Notes: a model not told the origin generated them from the letters alone. Shown: positions 1 through 10,580, counted from the stretch's first letter. The stretch is DNA of 59,522 bases from an uncultured virus (IMG/VR IMGVR_UViG_3300020048_000045) (IMGVR_UViG_3300020048_000045); one strand, 5' to 3'. Translations and numbers: made by a program.

Positions 1-180
1 ATCACCTCTCCTGTTCCCTATAAGAAAAGAAGGATGTTTCTCATTTCTGAATGGAGAGAATGTCACCTGATTTATCTTCCAGTCTTTCTCTGGCATATAA
101 AACTTGAACACATCATATTCAGATATCTTATCCAGGACAGTTTGAGGAGTGAGTATGATTCTCTTTGTTCCTGTAATCAT
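1..180 (-). CDS. DNA primase, N-terminal part (runs off window)
   Basis: Manual translation from ATG at 180: MITGTKRIILTPQTVLDKISEYDVFKFY...FSPFRNEKHPSF; SPFR-E-PSF resembles the primase N-terminal zinc-binding region; replication-module context. Confidence 0.65.
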   Translation of the reverse strand, partial: MITGTKRIILTPQTVLDKISEYDVFKFYMPEKDWKINQVTFSPFRNEKHPSFLIGNRRGD

Positions 181-560
181 TTGTAATTGGTATAATCTTT
201 TACTTCAACTATTTCAGAATCAACGAGTTTATTAATCTGATCTTTCAATGCAAACCTGATATCATTTGTATAATACACTCGTCTTGCATTCTCGATAAAT
301 ACTCCACGAAATGACTGTTTCTTCTCACACTTTCTTAACTTATCCTCAGTTGTCCACAATATCTTGTTTACAGTAGTTAGCTGTTTGAATATTGCAGCGA
401 TCTCTGGATTAGTTAAAAAGGGAGCAGCCAATTCATTCAACTTAGCAGCTTCACGGTTTACATGTCTCAGCTTTTCAACATCTTTAATCTTAGATTGTTT
501 AATTCTAAGAATTGAAAGCTTGTCTATCAGTTCTCCAACACTTACTGGTATTTGTATCAT
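177..560 (-). CDS. Hypothetical protein (DUF6165-like)
   Basis: Start taken at MIQIPVSVGELIDKLSILRIK; ARRVYYTNDIRF motif; the upstream extension in the ORF track overlaps a terminator. Confidence 0.6.
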   Translation of the reverse strand: MIQIPVSVGELIDKLSILRIKQSKIKDVEKLRHVNREAAKLNELAAPFLTNPEIAAIFKQLTTVNKILWTTEDKLRKCEKKQSFRGVFIENARRVYYTNDIRFALKDQINKLVDSEIVEVKDYTNYK

Positions 561-569
561 AATAAAGAA

Positions 570-602
570 AATAAAGCCCCAACAGATTTCTCCATTGGGG
601 CC
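570..602 (-). terminator. Rho-independent terminator after SSB-like gene
   Basis: GCCCCAA...TTGGGGC hairpin followed by TTTATTTT on the minus strand. Confidence 0.7.
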
Positions 603-621
603 AAGTTCAAACAATTAAACA

Positions 622-1512
622 TTAATAGTCATCACCGTCACTAGTAATAACTTTATCAGAAGCAACCAAGTTATCGTCAGCATTATATTCCTTCAGATCC
701 CTTAACAGGAAGAACTCCCTGCATCCATGCTCACCAGTAACATTCAATACGAATCTTTCGTGAGGTTTTAGATCTTTTGGTTTCTTAGCACGAAGATTCC
801 TCAGGATGTTCTCGTCCATATAATTGACAAGTCTGAAGTTCTTCAAGCTATATGCAGGCAGGAAGCCTTTGTTATACACACCTTGATACTCTTTACTTTC
901 ACCTTCTTTGTCCTTAATAGACACGGTGGCCAGAGCAACAATGTTTGTACACCATTCACCATCAATCTGATCTTTCAGGTCTTTTGTGTTACCTTTCATC
1001 AGCTTCTTCCAATCCAACTCAAGAGTTGTCTCAGCTTTGCGATAATCAAGCTCACCAAGCCAGGTCCTTAAGAAACCATAAAGTTCCTCTTCACCAACTT
1101 TAGCAATACGATAATCACGAGCTGTAAACCACTCAGGTAAGTTGTTGGGATCATCAGCCCAAGCACAAGACCCTACAGCATTGATATACTGTGTCTTAGT
1201 CTGGTCCTTGTTCATACGCTCCTTGTTTTCCAGGAAGAATGTAACTTTAAACTTACCTTCACGTTTCTCTTCATCAGACTCATTCTTGATGTCTTGAAGC
1301 CACACATCCACTCTCAGATAAGTATTACCATCCTGGCTGGTACCCAAATACTCAACAGCCTTGCTGTCTTCCTTCAGTTCTGTACCAAGCAGTTCTTTGT
1401 ACTCTTCTGCATCTGGATTAATAGCTACTACTTTGGCTTCAAACAGGCCAACACTCTTTTTAAAATCTGGGAGATTTGTTCTCTCTTTTTTTGCTCCACC
1501 AATTGTACTCAT
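622..1512 (-). CDS. Putative single-stranded DNA-binding protein (crAss-like)
   Basis: 296 aa, acidic C-terminal tail (SDGDDY), located between AAA ATPase and primase. Confidence 0.5.
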   Translation of the reverse strand: MSTIGGAKKERTNLPDFKKSVGLFEAKVVAINPDAEEYKELLGTELKEDSKAVEYLGTSQDGNTYLRVDVWLQDIKNESDEEKREGKFKVTFFLENKERMNKDQTKTQYINAVGSCAWADDPNNLPEWFTARDYRIAKVGEEELYGFLRTWLGELDYRKAETTLELDWKKLMKGNTKDLKDQIDGEWCTNIVALATVSIKDKEGESKEYQGVYNKGFLPAYSLKNFRLVNYMDENILRNLRAKKPKDLKPHERFVLNVTGEHGCREFFLLRDLKEYNADDNLVASDKVITSDGDDY

Positions 1513-1528
1513 TTTCTAATTGAATTAA

Positions 1529-2200
1529 TTATTTATAATACTCATTTACTTTATCTACCACAAATTGTAGATTATTAGGGATCTTGACTTCATCAAACAT
1601 ACCACTTGGACTCTTAGCAGGATATTTCTTATAACGATTGGTGAGGAAGTTATACTCAGTGGTACCATCCTTCTTCTCCTCAACATTAGTGTACAAACAT
1701 ACAGTTAATAATCCTTCCAACAAGACTTGATTGTCGATTAATTTACCAGCAGTCTTGATCTTATATCCAATGATGCTGCCATCATCTTCAATTGTTTCAA
1801 GGTGAGTAAGATAAAAGACAATGATGTCTTCACGTAGTTTCCTGGCTTCTTTGAACAGATTCACCATTTCCTGTGCCATAACACTGAACTTAGTATATCC
1901 TACCTCAGTAGCCTTAGCCACCATGTTAAATCCCATAATGTAATTACTGTCCTCAATCACAATATTCTTGATGTGAGGAGCAGAATCAGAAATGGTTCTT
2001 AACCTTCTTGTGATCTCGTTTGCGTCATCAAGCTCTGCATAATTCTTACTGTCTCTGTTGTAGACTTTCTCTGATCCTTTAAATGGAAGCTCTTTCTTCG
2101 CTACATTAATAATGTACGTTTCTTTAGGGTCCAAAAACTTGATCGCTGTACTCTTGCCAGTCCCTGTTGGACCAACAATTCCAATTAACTTACTTGCCAT
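1529..2200 (-). CDS. AAA-family ATPase (AAA_24/Sak4-like recombination protein)
   Basis: Walker A GPTGTGKS, Walker B IVIEDS, YPAKSPSGMF C-terminal motif. Confidence 0.75.
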   Translation of the reverse strand: MASKLIGIVGPTGTGKSTAIKFLDPKETYIINVAKKELPFKGSEKVYNRDSKNYAELDDANEITRRLRTISDSAPHIKNIVIEDSNYIMGFNMVAKATEVGYTKFSVMAQEMVNLFKEARKLREDIIVFYLTHLETIEDDGSIIGYKIKTAGKLIDNQVLLEGLLTVCLYTNVEEKKDGTTEYNFLTNRYKKYPAKSPSGMFDEVKIPNNLQFVVDKVNEYYK

Positions 2201-2688
2201 GTTTACCTCATTTTTTAATTAATTAAGTTATAAATATACAAAATAATCTCCATAGTTACNNNNNNNNNNNNNNNNNNNNNNNNNNNNNNNNNNNNNNNNN
2301 NNNNNNNNNNNNNNNNNNNNNNNNNNNNNNNNNNNNNNNNNNNNNNNNNNNNNNNNNNNNNNNNNNNNNNNNNNNNNNNNNNNNNNNNNNNNNNNNNNNN
2401 NNNNNNNNNNNNNNNNNNNNNNNNNNNNNNNNNNNNNNNNNNNNNNNNNNNNNNNNNNNNNNNNNNNNNNNNNNNNNNNNNNNNNNNNNNNNNNNNNNNN
2501 NNNNNNNNNNNNNNNNNNNNNNNNNNNNNNNNNNNNNNNNNNNNNNNNNNNNNNNNNNNNNNNNNNNNNNNNNNNNNNNNNNNNNNNNNNNNNNNNNNNN
2601 NNNNNNNNNNNNNNNNNNNNNNNNNNNNNNNNNNNNNNNNNNNNNNNNNNNNNNNNNNNNNNNNNNNNNNNNNNNNNNNNNNNNNNNN

Positions 2689-3734
2689 AATTCAAGAGCT
2701 TTGTTAAGCCATTTCCTCTCCACTTCCTCATCACTTGTGATGATATAGATGTGAGCTTTCTTATCTGGATTATCATATTCCATGGACATGCATCTGTTAA
2801 TCTTCTGAGCCAGGTTCTCACTATTACTGTCAAAGTAATTGATAATCACCTTGTTCAATGGTTTGTAAGTTACACCAGTGTTTCCAATCTTTACAACAGC
2901 CATGTGATTCCCTTTACCATTCATAAAGTCTTCGAAGATGTTCTTCTCTGAACTCTTACTATGATAACTTGGAATGCCTAGGTTATCAGCTACTGCAGTC
3001 ACTCCACAGAATACAAGTATTCTATCATCAGGAGACTGTTTAAGAATAGCAGTTGTCTTTGCCTGTTTTGCAAGACTGCTCTGAATGATTCTCATTCTGG
3101 CCAGACGCATAAACATTGTATCACGTCCCTGCATCTCCATCTTGTTAATCACCCAGCCCAATTCATCAAATCTCTGTTTCTCAGTCTTGTACTTTCCCTT
3201 AAAATTCAGTTTTATTCTATTATCCAGGGAAACTTTAACAACAGCTATTTCATAATCTGCAACCACACCTTCAGCAATAGCTTGTTCAATTGGATATTCA
3301 GCCACCACATTTAGTCCCAGATTAATAGAAAGACTCTTTTCTGTCCACTTGGATAACGTTCCTGAAAGACCTAAGATATTTCTGTTAATCTCAATTACCT
3401 CTGCAGCAGCTTCCATCTGAGCAGGAGAAAGCAAATGTATCTCGTCAATAATAACAAGATCATATTCCTCTCCTTTGTGCTTCTTTAAGGAAAGATGTGT
3501 AGTGTAAGTAATTTCACTGTCCTTATACCCACGGGTCTCCAGGTCTGTTTCCCAGGAATGTTTGATCTTCTTGTCAGGATATGCAATTAAAACGTTTCTG
3601 GGCGTTAATTGCTCCATTATATTTATTGACGTATAAATCTTTCCAAACCTAGGACACAGATGCAGGATCCCAAATCTTCCCATGTTAAGCCAAGCCTTGG
3701 CAAATTCTGCCTGTCTTTGATCTCTTAAGCTCAT
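2689..3734 (-). CDS. Superfamily 2 (DExH) helicase; 3' end lost in N gap
   Basis: PRFGK Walker A variant, IIDEIH motif II, LSGT motif III, QKINR motif VI; gap at 2260-2688. Confidence 0.8.
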
Positions 3735-3892
3735 ACATCAACATAGATTGCCAGAGTCCAGAATAACCAGCCTATTCCCATTGCAAATCCTTCTTCAGGA
3801 TTCCTTGCGATGTCACATGTGGGAAGTATGCTAAATTCCCAGTATCCCCCATGCTTCTTGCTTGGGAAATTGTTAATTAATTGTATTTCCAT
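3731..3892 (-). CDS. Small hypothetical protein (53 aa)
   Basis: Manual ORF MEIQLINNFPSKKHGG...; fills the gap between genes with an ATGA overlap to the helicase. Confidence 0.5.
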   Translation of the reverse strand: MEIQLINNFPSKKHGGYWEFSILPTCDIARNPEEGFAMGIGWLFWTLAIYVDV

Positions 3893-3894
3893 AA

Positions 3895-4968
3895 TCATTG
3901 TTTAAAAAAGAATGTTTTGTTTCTAATTGCTTCATAATCACTCTCTGTAATCTTATCTTTTCTTGGAAGTTCTTTAAACATCCCTACCTGGCCTAAAAAT
4001 CCAAGCCCAATTCTCACATCGTCTCCTTCATAGGAATTCTTAATGAGTCTTAAGCTTCGATAATACTTAGCACCACTTGCATCCTTCAGCTTGTCCATAC
4101 TATATCCAGACTTGTCTGAAACATTATATCTCATGGGATCAAACAATGCAATAACAACATCAGCATCATCCTGGGTCTGACCACTCTCCTTGAAATCCTC
4201 AAGTTGTGGCTCCACATCTCCTGCTTTGATCCTAATGGGATTAGAAATATCTCTATTGAACTGACTGACACAAACAGGACTATATCCATAAAAATCCCTG
4301 GCATATCTAAGCTCATCAGACATCTTGTCTATTGCAGCTTTCTTTGTTACCAAATCTTTTGTAGGCTTCAATAGACCAATATGATCTAACACCACAAGAG
4401 TGATTTCATTGGGATCGTTGGGAATATACCTCTTGTTATATTCATCAATCTGCTCAATCCTGCCATTTTTCAATGCATGATCTTTAAGGTCTTTGGCAAT
4501 ACCTACAGGATTCTCTGGTCCATCGATGATAGTGATAACATTTTCCAGACCATCAATATAGTCTTTATATAAAACTACAAGATCGTGCTGATCCAATGTT
4601 AATTTATCATCTTTATTCCAGCTTAGCAACTTACCAATTGGTAGAATGACTCCATGCTCAAGAAAGATCTTTCTACTGGTCCACTTGGCAAGCTTATACA
4701 CTCTGCTTCTCTCCATAGATCGATAAATGATCCTCAGCTTAATGTTGGTTGTATTCTCTTTAGAGATATACCAATCATATGGATTCAAAACGAATGCATC
4801 ATCAAGAAAGGAAGTCTTTCCAGATCCAGTGAGTCCACCTATGAGATAATAGATTCTCTTTCTAATTCCTATGAATTTATTGAGTCTATTAAACCCCATA
4901 GGGATCCCACTGTTTCTTCCAGCCATCCCATGTTTTACCTCATCATATAGTTCATCAAAATTACTCAT
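3895..4968 (-). CDS. dnaB: Replicative DnaB-like helicase
   Basis: GGLTGSGKT Walker A, VVLDHIGLL, VSQFNRD, KESGQTQDDADVVIAL, IKNS motifs. Confidence 0.9.
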   Translation of the reverse strand: MSNFDELYDEVKHGMAGRNSGIPMGFNRLNKFIGIRKRIYYLIGGLTGSGKTSFLDDAFVLNPYDWYISKENTTNIKLRIIYRSMERSRVYKLAKWTSRKIFLEHGVILPIGKLLSWNKDDKLTLDQHDLVVLYKDYIDGLENVITIIDGPENPVGIAKDLKDHALKNGRIEQIDEYNKRYIPNDPNEITLVVLDHIGLLKPTKDLVTKKAAIDKMSDELRYARDFYGYSPVCVSQFNRDISNPIRIKAGDVEPQLEDFKESGQTQDDADVVIALFDPMRYNVSDKSGYSMDKLKDASGAKYYRSLRLIKNSYEGDDVRIGLGFLGQVGMFKELPRKDKITESDYEAIRNKTFFFKQ

Positions 4969-5296
4969 GTTCGTAGTTTAAATCTGTTACACACATTCCT
5001 ACTTGTGGATGATACTGGATAGCACAGTTGTACTGCTTTGCCAGATCAATAAACTTTTCATAGAACTCTTTGTGTCTTGGATTCTTGATATTGTTTGATA
5101 TGTGAATCCTCTGACCTTCAAGACTTGCCATGTGAAGTCCCTTCTCCATGCCATACTCAATACCTTGAAACCATGTCTCTCTCATGTCTGCCTGGGTGTA
5201 TGACGGTGAAAAGAACAGGAAGGATCTTCCTGTATACGATTTGTCATTCATCCTCTGCTCCATCATAGCTTGGATGATTCTTGCATCCTTACTCAT
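4961..5296 (-). CDS. Hypothetical protein
   Basis: ORF tightly packed with neighbours. Confidence 0.6.
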   Translation of the reverse strand: MSKDARIIQAMMEQRMNDKSYTGRSFLFFSPSYTQADMRETWFQGIEYGMEKGLHMASLEGQRIHISNNIKNPRHKEFYEKFIDLAKQYNCAIQYHPQVGMCVTDLNYEHE

Positions 5297-5505
5297 AGAT
5301 CTGGATTAAAAGTTGCAAGTAACATCTTGGCTAACAGAGCGTCATCCTCTCCCATGAGCGATGTCTCTTCAGGAATATAATACATAACACTTTCATAGAC
5401 AAAACAGTCTTCTGAACTTGTGTCTGTATCTATATCTACTTTCAAGCAGAAGTCTTTGATAAACTCCTTGATTTCATTTCTTACGTTATTAATTCTCTTT
5501 GACAT
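5293..5505 (-). CDS. Hypothetical protein
   Basis: ORF packing, overlap with downstream gene. Confidence 0.55.
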   Translation of the reverse strand: MSKRINNVRNEIKEFIKDFCLKVDIDTDTSSEDCFVYESVMYYIPEETSLMGEDDALLAKMLLATFNPDL

Positions 5506-5506
5506 T

Positions 5507-6133
5507 TTATATATCTGTTGTTCCTGTTACATAAGTTGATTCTGTAGCAATACTTCCTTCTTTAATGAGCTCAATGAACGGTTCATAGCTTCGCTGATTC
5601 AGATATGTCAGAGAATTCTGCATATAAGTCAGCTTATTCTTGTTCTGTTCCACTGAAGCATCTTTCTTCTGCTGGACATCAAGCTTGAGTGCATCTATCA
5701 GATCCTGAGCTGTATACTCACCCTCCAATAAAATCTTGTCAAATTTAATCCTGCAGTCATCCTTAGACACTCTCATACTTCTGGATCCACTGAATGTTTT
5801 TCCTTTGTATGAGAATGTATCTGTGCCAGGAAAAGCTTTCCACCACTCTTCGAAGATGGATATATCCACTTTCTTCTTTACTATCTTGCCTGGATCTTTT
5901 GTATCCATAAATACAAGAAGTTCAGTGCCCATGGTGGTAAGCTTGTCCCCTGCCTCTGTAATCAAACCTTTTCTTACAAGACTCTGTACAAGAGCAGTGA
6001 TCTTCACACTCTCTGTCATAAGAGGTAAAAGATCTAACTGCTCATGTATCATCTTCAACAAAAATATATGATCCAGAGAATACCCTTTAACAATGAGCTC
6101 CCTAAAATGGAAGCTCGTTAGATTCAACTTCAT
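5507..6133 (-). CDS. Putative replication initiator/helicase-loader-like protein
   Basis: wHTH-like N-terminus (SLVRKGLI), FEEWWKAFP and LTYLNQRSYE motifs typical of phage initiators; upstream of dnaB. Confidence 0.5.
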   Translation of the reverse strand: MKLNLTSFHFRELIVKGYSLDHIFLLKMIHEQLDLLPLMTESVKITALVQSLVRKGLITEAGDKLTTMGTELLVFMDTKDPGKIVKKKVDISIFEEWWKAFPGTDTFSYKGKTFSGSRSMRVSKDDCRIKFDKILLEGEYTAQDLIDALKLDVQQKKDASVEQNKNKLTYMQNSLTYLNQRSYEPFIELIKEGSIATESTYVTGTTDI

Positions 6134-6302
6134 TTTCTTTTGGTATTGGGGTTAATACAACAATTTCAGCAGGCCTTCTATTTTTCTCAGCCTGCTCTTC
6201 CTCCCACTGTTGCCATTCGACATACATCTCCATTTCTTTTTCTTGGAGATACATTTCTTCCATGGTCTTTGTTCTTTCGAAATCTTCAATTGGAAAACTC
6301 AT
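6102..6302 (-). CDS. Hypothetical acidic protein
   Basis: ORF packing; ends ELPF. Confidence 0.5.
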   Translation of the reverse strand: MSFPIEDFERTKTMEEMYLQEKEMEMYVEWQQWEEEQAEKNRRPAEIVVLTPIPKENEVESNELPF

Positions 6303-6547
6303 GATTGTTCTGTTTTAGGTTGTTGACCAAACTGTTCAATATCTTCAATAAAGAGGTCCAATATCAATTTTTTAATAACATAGACACCTTTTATTACCTC
6401 ATAATTGTTTGATATAATTTTGAGTCTATCCAATATCTCAGCATCCCTTTCAGTTATTCCCCATTTAGCTGCACGGAAGAATGTATCCTGATCTCTTGAA
6501 TAATCGGAATAACCTCTTGCTCTTGCCTTTATTTGTTCATCAGTCAT
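6299..6547 (-). CDS. Hypothetical protein (paralog of C-terminal half of 6544..7104)
   Basis: ERDAEILD and QQPKTEQS shared with the neighbouring ORF. Confidence 0.55.
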   Translation of the reverse strand: MTDEQIKARARGYSDYSRDQDTFFRAAKWGITERDAEILDRLKIISNNYEVIKGVYVIKKLILDLFIEDIEQFGQQPKTEQS

Positions 6548-7104
6548 GATTTCTCTATTTTAGGTTGTTGAATAAACTTCTTTACTTTCTCTAATGTCAT
6601 CAGTGCTGATTTAATAGCAAATGAATCCTTAATAATTGGTACTGAATTAATCATTGAATCTATCCAATCCAATATCTGTTTATCCCTTTCCTCTACGCAT
6701 TGGTCTGCGTAGTCTTGCATAGCTTCACAAGCTGTATCCACTCTTAAACTAACTCTTGGATTAATATATTCCATTTCAAGTCTCATAACTTTTGCAAGTA
6801 TTTCTTCTTTAGTCTTGCTCATTTCTTCTCCCTCCTTTCTTTCTTTTAGCCATTCGTCAAACAAGTTTTCAACCCCTTTATTATGACATCCATTAACTAA
6901 CCAATAAGTCCAAGTGATAACATCCTCCCTGCTGAACTCTTTGGGGGATGATTCGGGATCTGCGAGTTTCCAAATTTTGTCCTCATCGCATCTTAGTTTG
7001 ACGCATAGTTCACTACCTGTTTTTGCAACACATCCCGTACAATCATACGGGTCTTCATTACTTGGTGCAGTAACATACGTCACTCCGTTAATTGTCTTTT
7101 CCAT
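6544..7104 (-). CDS. Hypothetical protein, Cys-motif N-terminus, apparent fusion of small modules
   Basis: CTGC...C...C motif; internal MSKTKEEIL looks like a former start. Confidence 0.55.
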   Translation of the reverse strand: MEKTINGVTYVTAPSNEDPYDCTGCVAKTGSELCVKLRCDEDKIWKLADPESSPKEFSREDVITWTYWLVNGCHNKGVENLFDEWLKERKEGEEMSKTKEEILAKVMRLEMEYINPRVSLRVDTACEAMQDYADQCVEERDKQILDWIDSMINSVPIIKDSFAIKSALMTLEKVKKFIQQPKIEKS

Positions 7105-7106
7105 AG

Positions 7107-7457
7107 CTATTTCTCTTTTTGAAGTTCAATGTTATGTTTCCTGGCATACTCTTCAAGCATCTCCTGATAGGATATCTTGTATTTTCCGCCAAACCATCCA
7201 TATACCCAGTCAAATAACCATCCTCCAAGTCTTTTAGAGAACCAATAAGGCATCCCAGTGTAGCCTGACCTATTGAATTGTGGATATTCGATGGTGAAGT
7301 GTTCCTGCCTGACTGGCTGATCGCTTTCCTTACCAAAGAAATATTTGACAAGTTTTTCAAATGCTTCCTCTTTGCTGGTAGCTGTTACAGTATATTTGTA
7401 CTTATCTCCCACACAGCATACTTCCCAGGTTTCGAATACGAATTCTTTCTCTTTCAT
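7107..7457 (-). CDS. Hypothetical protein
   Basis: ORF packing. Confidence 0.55.
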   Translation of the reverse strand: MKEKEFVFETWEVCCVGDKYKYTVTATSKEEAFEKLVKYFFGKESDQPVRQEHFTIEYPQFNRSGYTGMPYWFSKRLGGWLFDWVYGWFGGKYKISYQEMLEEYARKHNIELQKEK

Positions 7458-7458
7458 A

Positions 7459-8013
7459 TCAATAACGTGCTACGCCAAAGAATACCCACTTACCCATCTT
7501 CTCATCCTTAGGATGGAGATAGGAGATCTCAGCTACAGTTGCAGAACCTTTCTCCAAGACTTTCTTCATTTGAATGAATGTTCTGCAGTTGTGTTTCTCA
7601 GAATACTTACGAGCATATTCCACAGCTTTACCCTTGGTATCAAACGATTCCAGCTCATCATCAAATGTCAATACAGCGTACTTCAGAAGCCACTTCATAG
7701 TGCCCTTGTTGACTACATGCTCCACCTTGGTCAGAGTCTTTCTTTTACTGGGCTTGTACTCTTGTGTACAGACAGCGAAACAAGTTCCTGTATCAGCATT
7801 GATATATCTATCAATGAATCCTGGTAGAGGCATTTTGCTCTCTTTATACTTCTTGGTAAGATCATACAGACTGTCTGTAGAGTTGATAGCTCCACTATAG
7901 CCTTCTTCATGTCCATGTTCTTCCCTAGCTTCTTCTACAGCCTTCTTATAGGCTTCATTCAGGGTTTTCCCTGTTCCGTTTGTTACAAATGTCATTCCTC
8001 CCATAACTTTCAA
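7459..8013 (-). CDS. Hypothetical phage protein
   Basis: ORF packing; HGHEEGYSGAI and WVFFGVA motifs. Confidence 0.65.
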   Translation of the reverse strand: MKVMGGMTFVTNGTGKTLNEAYKKAVEEAREEHGHEEGYSGAINSTDSLYDLTKKYKESKMPLPGFIDRYINADTGTCFAVCTQEYKPSKRKTLTKVEHVVNKGTMKWLLKYAVLTFDDELESFDTKGKAVEYARKYSEKHNCRTFIQMKKVLEKGSATVAEISYLHPKDEKMGKWVFFGVARY

Positions 8014-8279
8014 TTTTTAATTTTTAATCCAAAATGATTGTAAAACCACTCAAATGTGTCTAACGCTTTTTGTTTGCGATACTTAAAGACCTTTTTCAAC
8101 GTCTTTATAGAATAGTCCCTGAAGATATCATACTGGTTCCTTGTAAGGCTCCATTCTTTTCTCCAGTCTTCAACATCAAGCATATCAACTCTCTTCTTAC
8201 CAATCAATTCTAATTGATAATCCAGGAGATGATATGCAATGTTGATTCGATTAACTGATGTCAGCATCGTTTGTTCCAT
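8010..8279 (-). CDS. Hypothetical protein
   Basis: Start taken at MEQTML; ORF packing. Confidence 0.55.
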   Translation of the reverse strand: MEQTMLTSVNRINIAYHLLDYQLELIGKKRVDMLDVEDWRKEWSLTRNQYDIFRDYSIKTLKKVFKYRKQKALDTFEWFYNHFGLKIKN

Positions 8280-8454
8280 AGATCTCTGCTTCTTCTTCAA
8301 TGTTAATAATGTCACTCACTGATTTTTCAATGCTACCATCTGCCATATGAATATGTACAGGACGGTTGTTGTATTTCCTGTAGAGTTGATCTTTATTAAG
8401 CTCAGCTGATACTACCAGAGTTACATTCATCAAGATTCTTATTTCCTGGTTCAT
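8251..8454 (-). CDS. Hypothetical protein
   Basis: Begins 2 nt after the polymerase stop codon. Confidence 0.5.
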   Translation of the reverse strand: MNQEIRILMNVTLVVSAELNKDQLYRKYNNRPVHIHMADGSIEKSVSDIINIEEEAEIYGTNDADIS

Positions 8455-8455
8455 T

Positions 8456-10411
8456 TTAAAATAATGTTAATTGGTTTAAATCTCTTGGTTTATGTCTTCT
8501 TCCCTCATACAAGATCTTGTCTGCTATGAGATTAGCCTTCTCAATGTAATAATTACGATTGATATTCTCCATGGGATGATCTTTCGTAAGCTTATTACAT
8601 ACAGTGGCTACCCATTCCCCAGCATCTACTTGTGATACAGGATTAGCATTTGTAGTACATTCAGGATTCTTTATCTTCAACAGTTTCTCTCCTGTCTTGG
8701 ATATATAATACCTGATTAGTTTATTGTAGACTGTTTTCTCTCCTGTTTGCCTGTTGTGACCTTCGTAGTGGAAATCCCTTGATGCCTTCTGTCGAATGGC
8801 GAAATCAAAAATGTTACTATGAGAATTAATAGTCTGATCAATAGGGACACCATCAACGAAATAACGCTCCAGAGCAATAGGTACAACACGAGCAGACTTA
8901 TTTTTATGAAGTTCAAAGTCTGTGAGAAAATCTCCTTTCTTTTTAATTTCACCATCTGTCTTAATTGCTATGTAATCATTTACTGTTGAAAATACAATCT
9001 TTGCATAATCTGTACGTTCGAGCTCATATTGTGTCAGATCCATCCACCATTTATTGATTTCGTGCATCTTGTCAATTAAACTCTTATGTATCCTGATAGT
9101 CACACCATCTGTATTTGCAGATATTACAGGGATTCCTGCCAATTCGTAAGCTTCAATAAGCATCATCAGAGACAACTCTCCAGTGATAGTGGTGAACATA
9201 GTCAGCTGTCTGTCATAGATCCAGTTCTGCATATCAGAACTCTTTCCATAGACAGAATTAACTGCCAGCTTCAGAGCTCCAACAATACCTTTAATACGCT
9301 TATCCTTCTTAGCCAGTGGCTTCAGTTCAAGCCTACGATCAAACATCTGTTTATATCCCCTTAGAAACTCTCTTCCCAGGTGATGTGGAAACCTTCCATT
9401 GTTGATGATGATGGCAGGATAATACGAGCTTACATCCCAATCAATAATTAGATATTCAGAATCAGCTTCAAATACTTTTGGTGTATTGACAGAATGCAAA
9501 CCACCCTTGGCAAAGGTATATGTCTGACCATGAAAGACTATTTCCTCAAGAAATTCATCCTTCTGACGCATAACTCTTGCCCTGATCTTCTTATGAAAGT
9601 CTTTCAGCTGAGGTGTCTTGAATGCCACATAAGGAGCAATACAGTTCTTAACCTGGATCTCCTTCCTGAAATATCCCTTCTTAGGAAGATCAGAATAGTT
9701 TATCCTCTTCTCCTCACAATAGAACTTCTTAATCATCTCATCGCCAATCTTACTGTCAGAATAGTTCAGACATTTGATTCCAAATTCTTCCTCTATATCC
9801 TGTCTCAGTTCAATCTGGTTGTTCCCTTTATACAAAGGATGTTCAGTCTTGCCTATGGTGACTTTATAGAATTCATAAGTGGCCATGACATCATTCTTGC
9901 AATAATCTCTGGTCACTTGAAGATCTTCAGATGTCATATCCACCTTGGTATGGTGAATAGGCATCTCCTCGATATTCTCAAGGTCCATTTCGAACTCCAG
10001 ACGCTTCAGGGAGACCATCCTGTTTTTATTGTCATAGTGGTTTATCCTGAACAGATCGATTTGCTTGTAACTTAGATCTGTCTCACGATACTCTGGAAAC
10101 ACATCATAATTTGCATCATCTATGACATCATGAGCCTTCTGAGCTATCCTGGCAGCAATCTCCATGTTACTGAGTTCTCCCCAATATTGGTTATTACGTA
10201 GGATCCATTCCACAACCTGGCTATCAAACCTAAGATTGTTATATCCTACCCAATAAACATCCTCATGAGCTTCCATATATCTAAGCAGAGCATCAAGCTG
10301 ATACTTTTCCTTAGAAACTTCGAACTCAAAATATTGACGAATCTTAGGATTATAGATACCAATGAGAAACATCTCCTTGAGAGTCTCAATGTCATAGATT
10401 AGTACGTCCAT
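8456..10411 (-). CDS. polB: DNA polymerase family B with 3'-5' exonuclease
   Basis: Exo I YDIET, Exo II GYNNLRFD, Exo III YCKNDV; region II DWDVSSYYP, region III KLAVNSVYG, region I ANTDGV. Confidence 0.93.
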   Translation of the reverse strand: MDVLIYDIETLKEMFLIGIYNPKIRQYFEFEVSKEKYQLDALLRYMEAHEDVYWVGYNNLRFDSQVVEWILRNNQYWGELSNMEIAARIAQKAHDVIDDANYDVFPEYRETDLSYKQIDLFRINHYDNKNRMVSLKRLEFEMDLENIEEMPIHHTKVDMTSEDLQVTRDYCKNDVMATYEFYKVTIGKTEHPLYKGNNQIELRQDIEEEFGIKCLNYSDSKIGDEMIKKFYCEEKRINYSDLPKKGYFRKEIQVKNCIAPYVAFKTPQLKDFHKKIRARVMRQKDEFLEEIVFHGQTYTFAKGGLHSVNTPKVFEADSEYLIIDWDVSSYYPAIIINNGRFPHHLGREFLRGYKQMFDRRLELKPLAKKDKRIKGIVGALKLAVNSVYGKSSDMQNWIYDRQLTMFTTITGELSLMMLIEAYELAGIPVISANTDGVTIRIHKSLIDKMHEINKWWMDLTQYELERTDYAKIVFSTVNDYIAIKTDGEIKKKGDFLTDFELHKNKSARVVPIALERYFVDGVPIDQTINSHSNIFDFAIRQKASRDFHYEGHNRQTGEKTVYNKLIRYYISKTGEKLLKIKNPECTTNANPVSQVDAGEWVATVCNKLTKDHPMENINRNYYIEKANLIADKILYEGRRHKPRDLNQLTLF

Positions 10412-10578
10412 TATTTTCTGTCTTTATTGTCCCAATAATAATCACATTCTTTGGTTTCCTTGTTATAAGGTGTTTCAACAAAATAGGATTGCCTATATTC
10501 GCTGGGCTTAGCTGTAAATCTGTAACAGCTTTCCTTCAAGGGACAATCTTTGTCCTCACATTTAGTAATATCGGGCAT
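10411..10578 (-). CDS. Small Cys-rich hypothetical protein (55 aa)
   Basis: Manual ORF MPDITKCEDKDCPLKESCYRFTAK...CDYYW. Confidence 0.6.
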   Translation of the reverse strand: MPDITKCEDKDCPLKESCYRFTAKPSEYRQSYFVETPYNKETKECDYYWDNKDRK

Positions 10579-10580
10579 AA

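Noticed and set aside
2228..2833. ORFs spanning N runs (also 28904-29244)
   Set aside because: Artefacts of assembly gaps; content unknown
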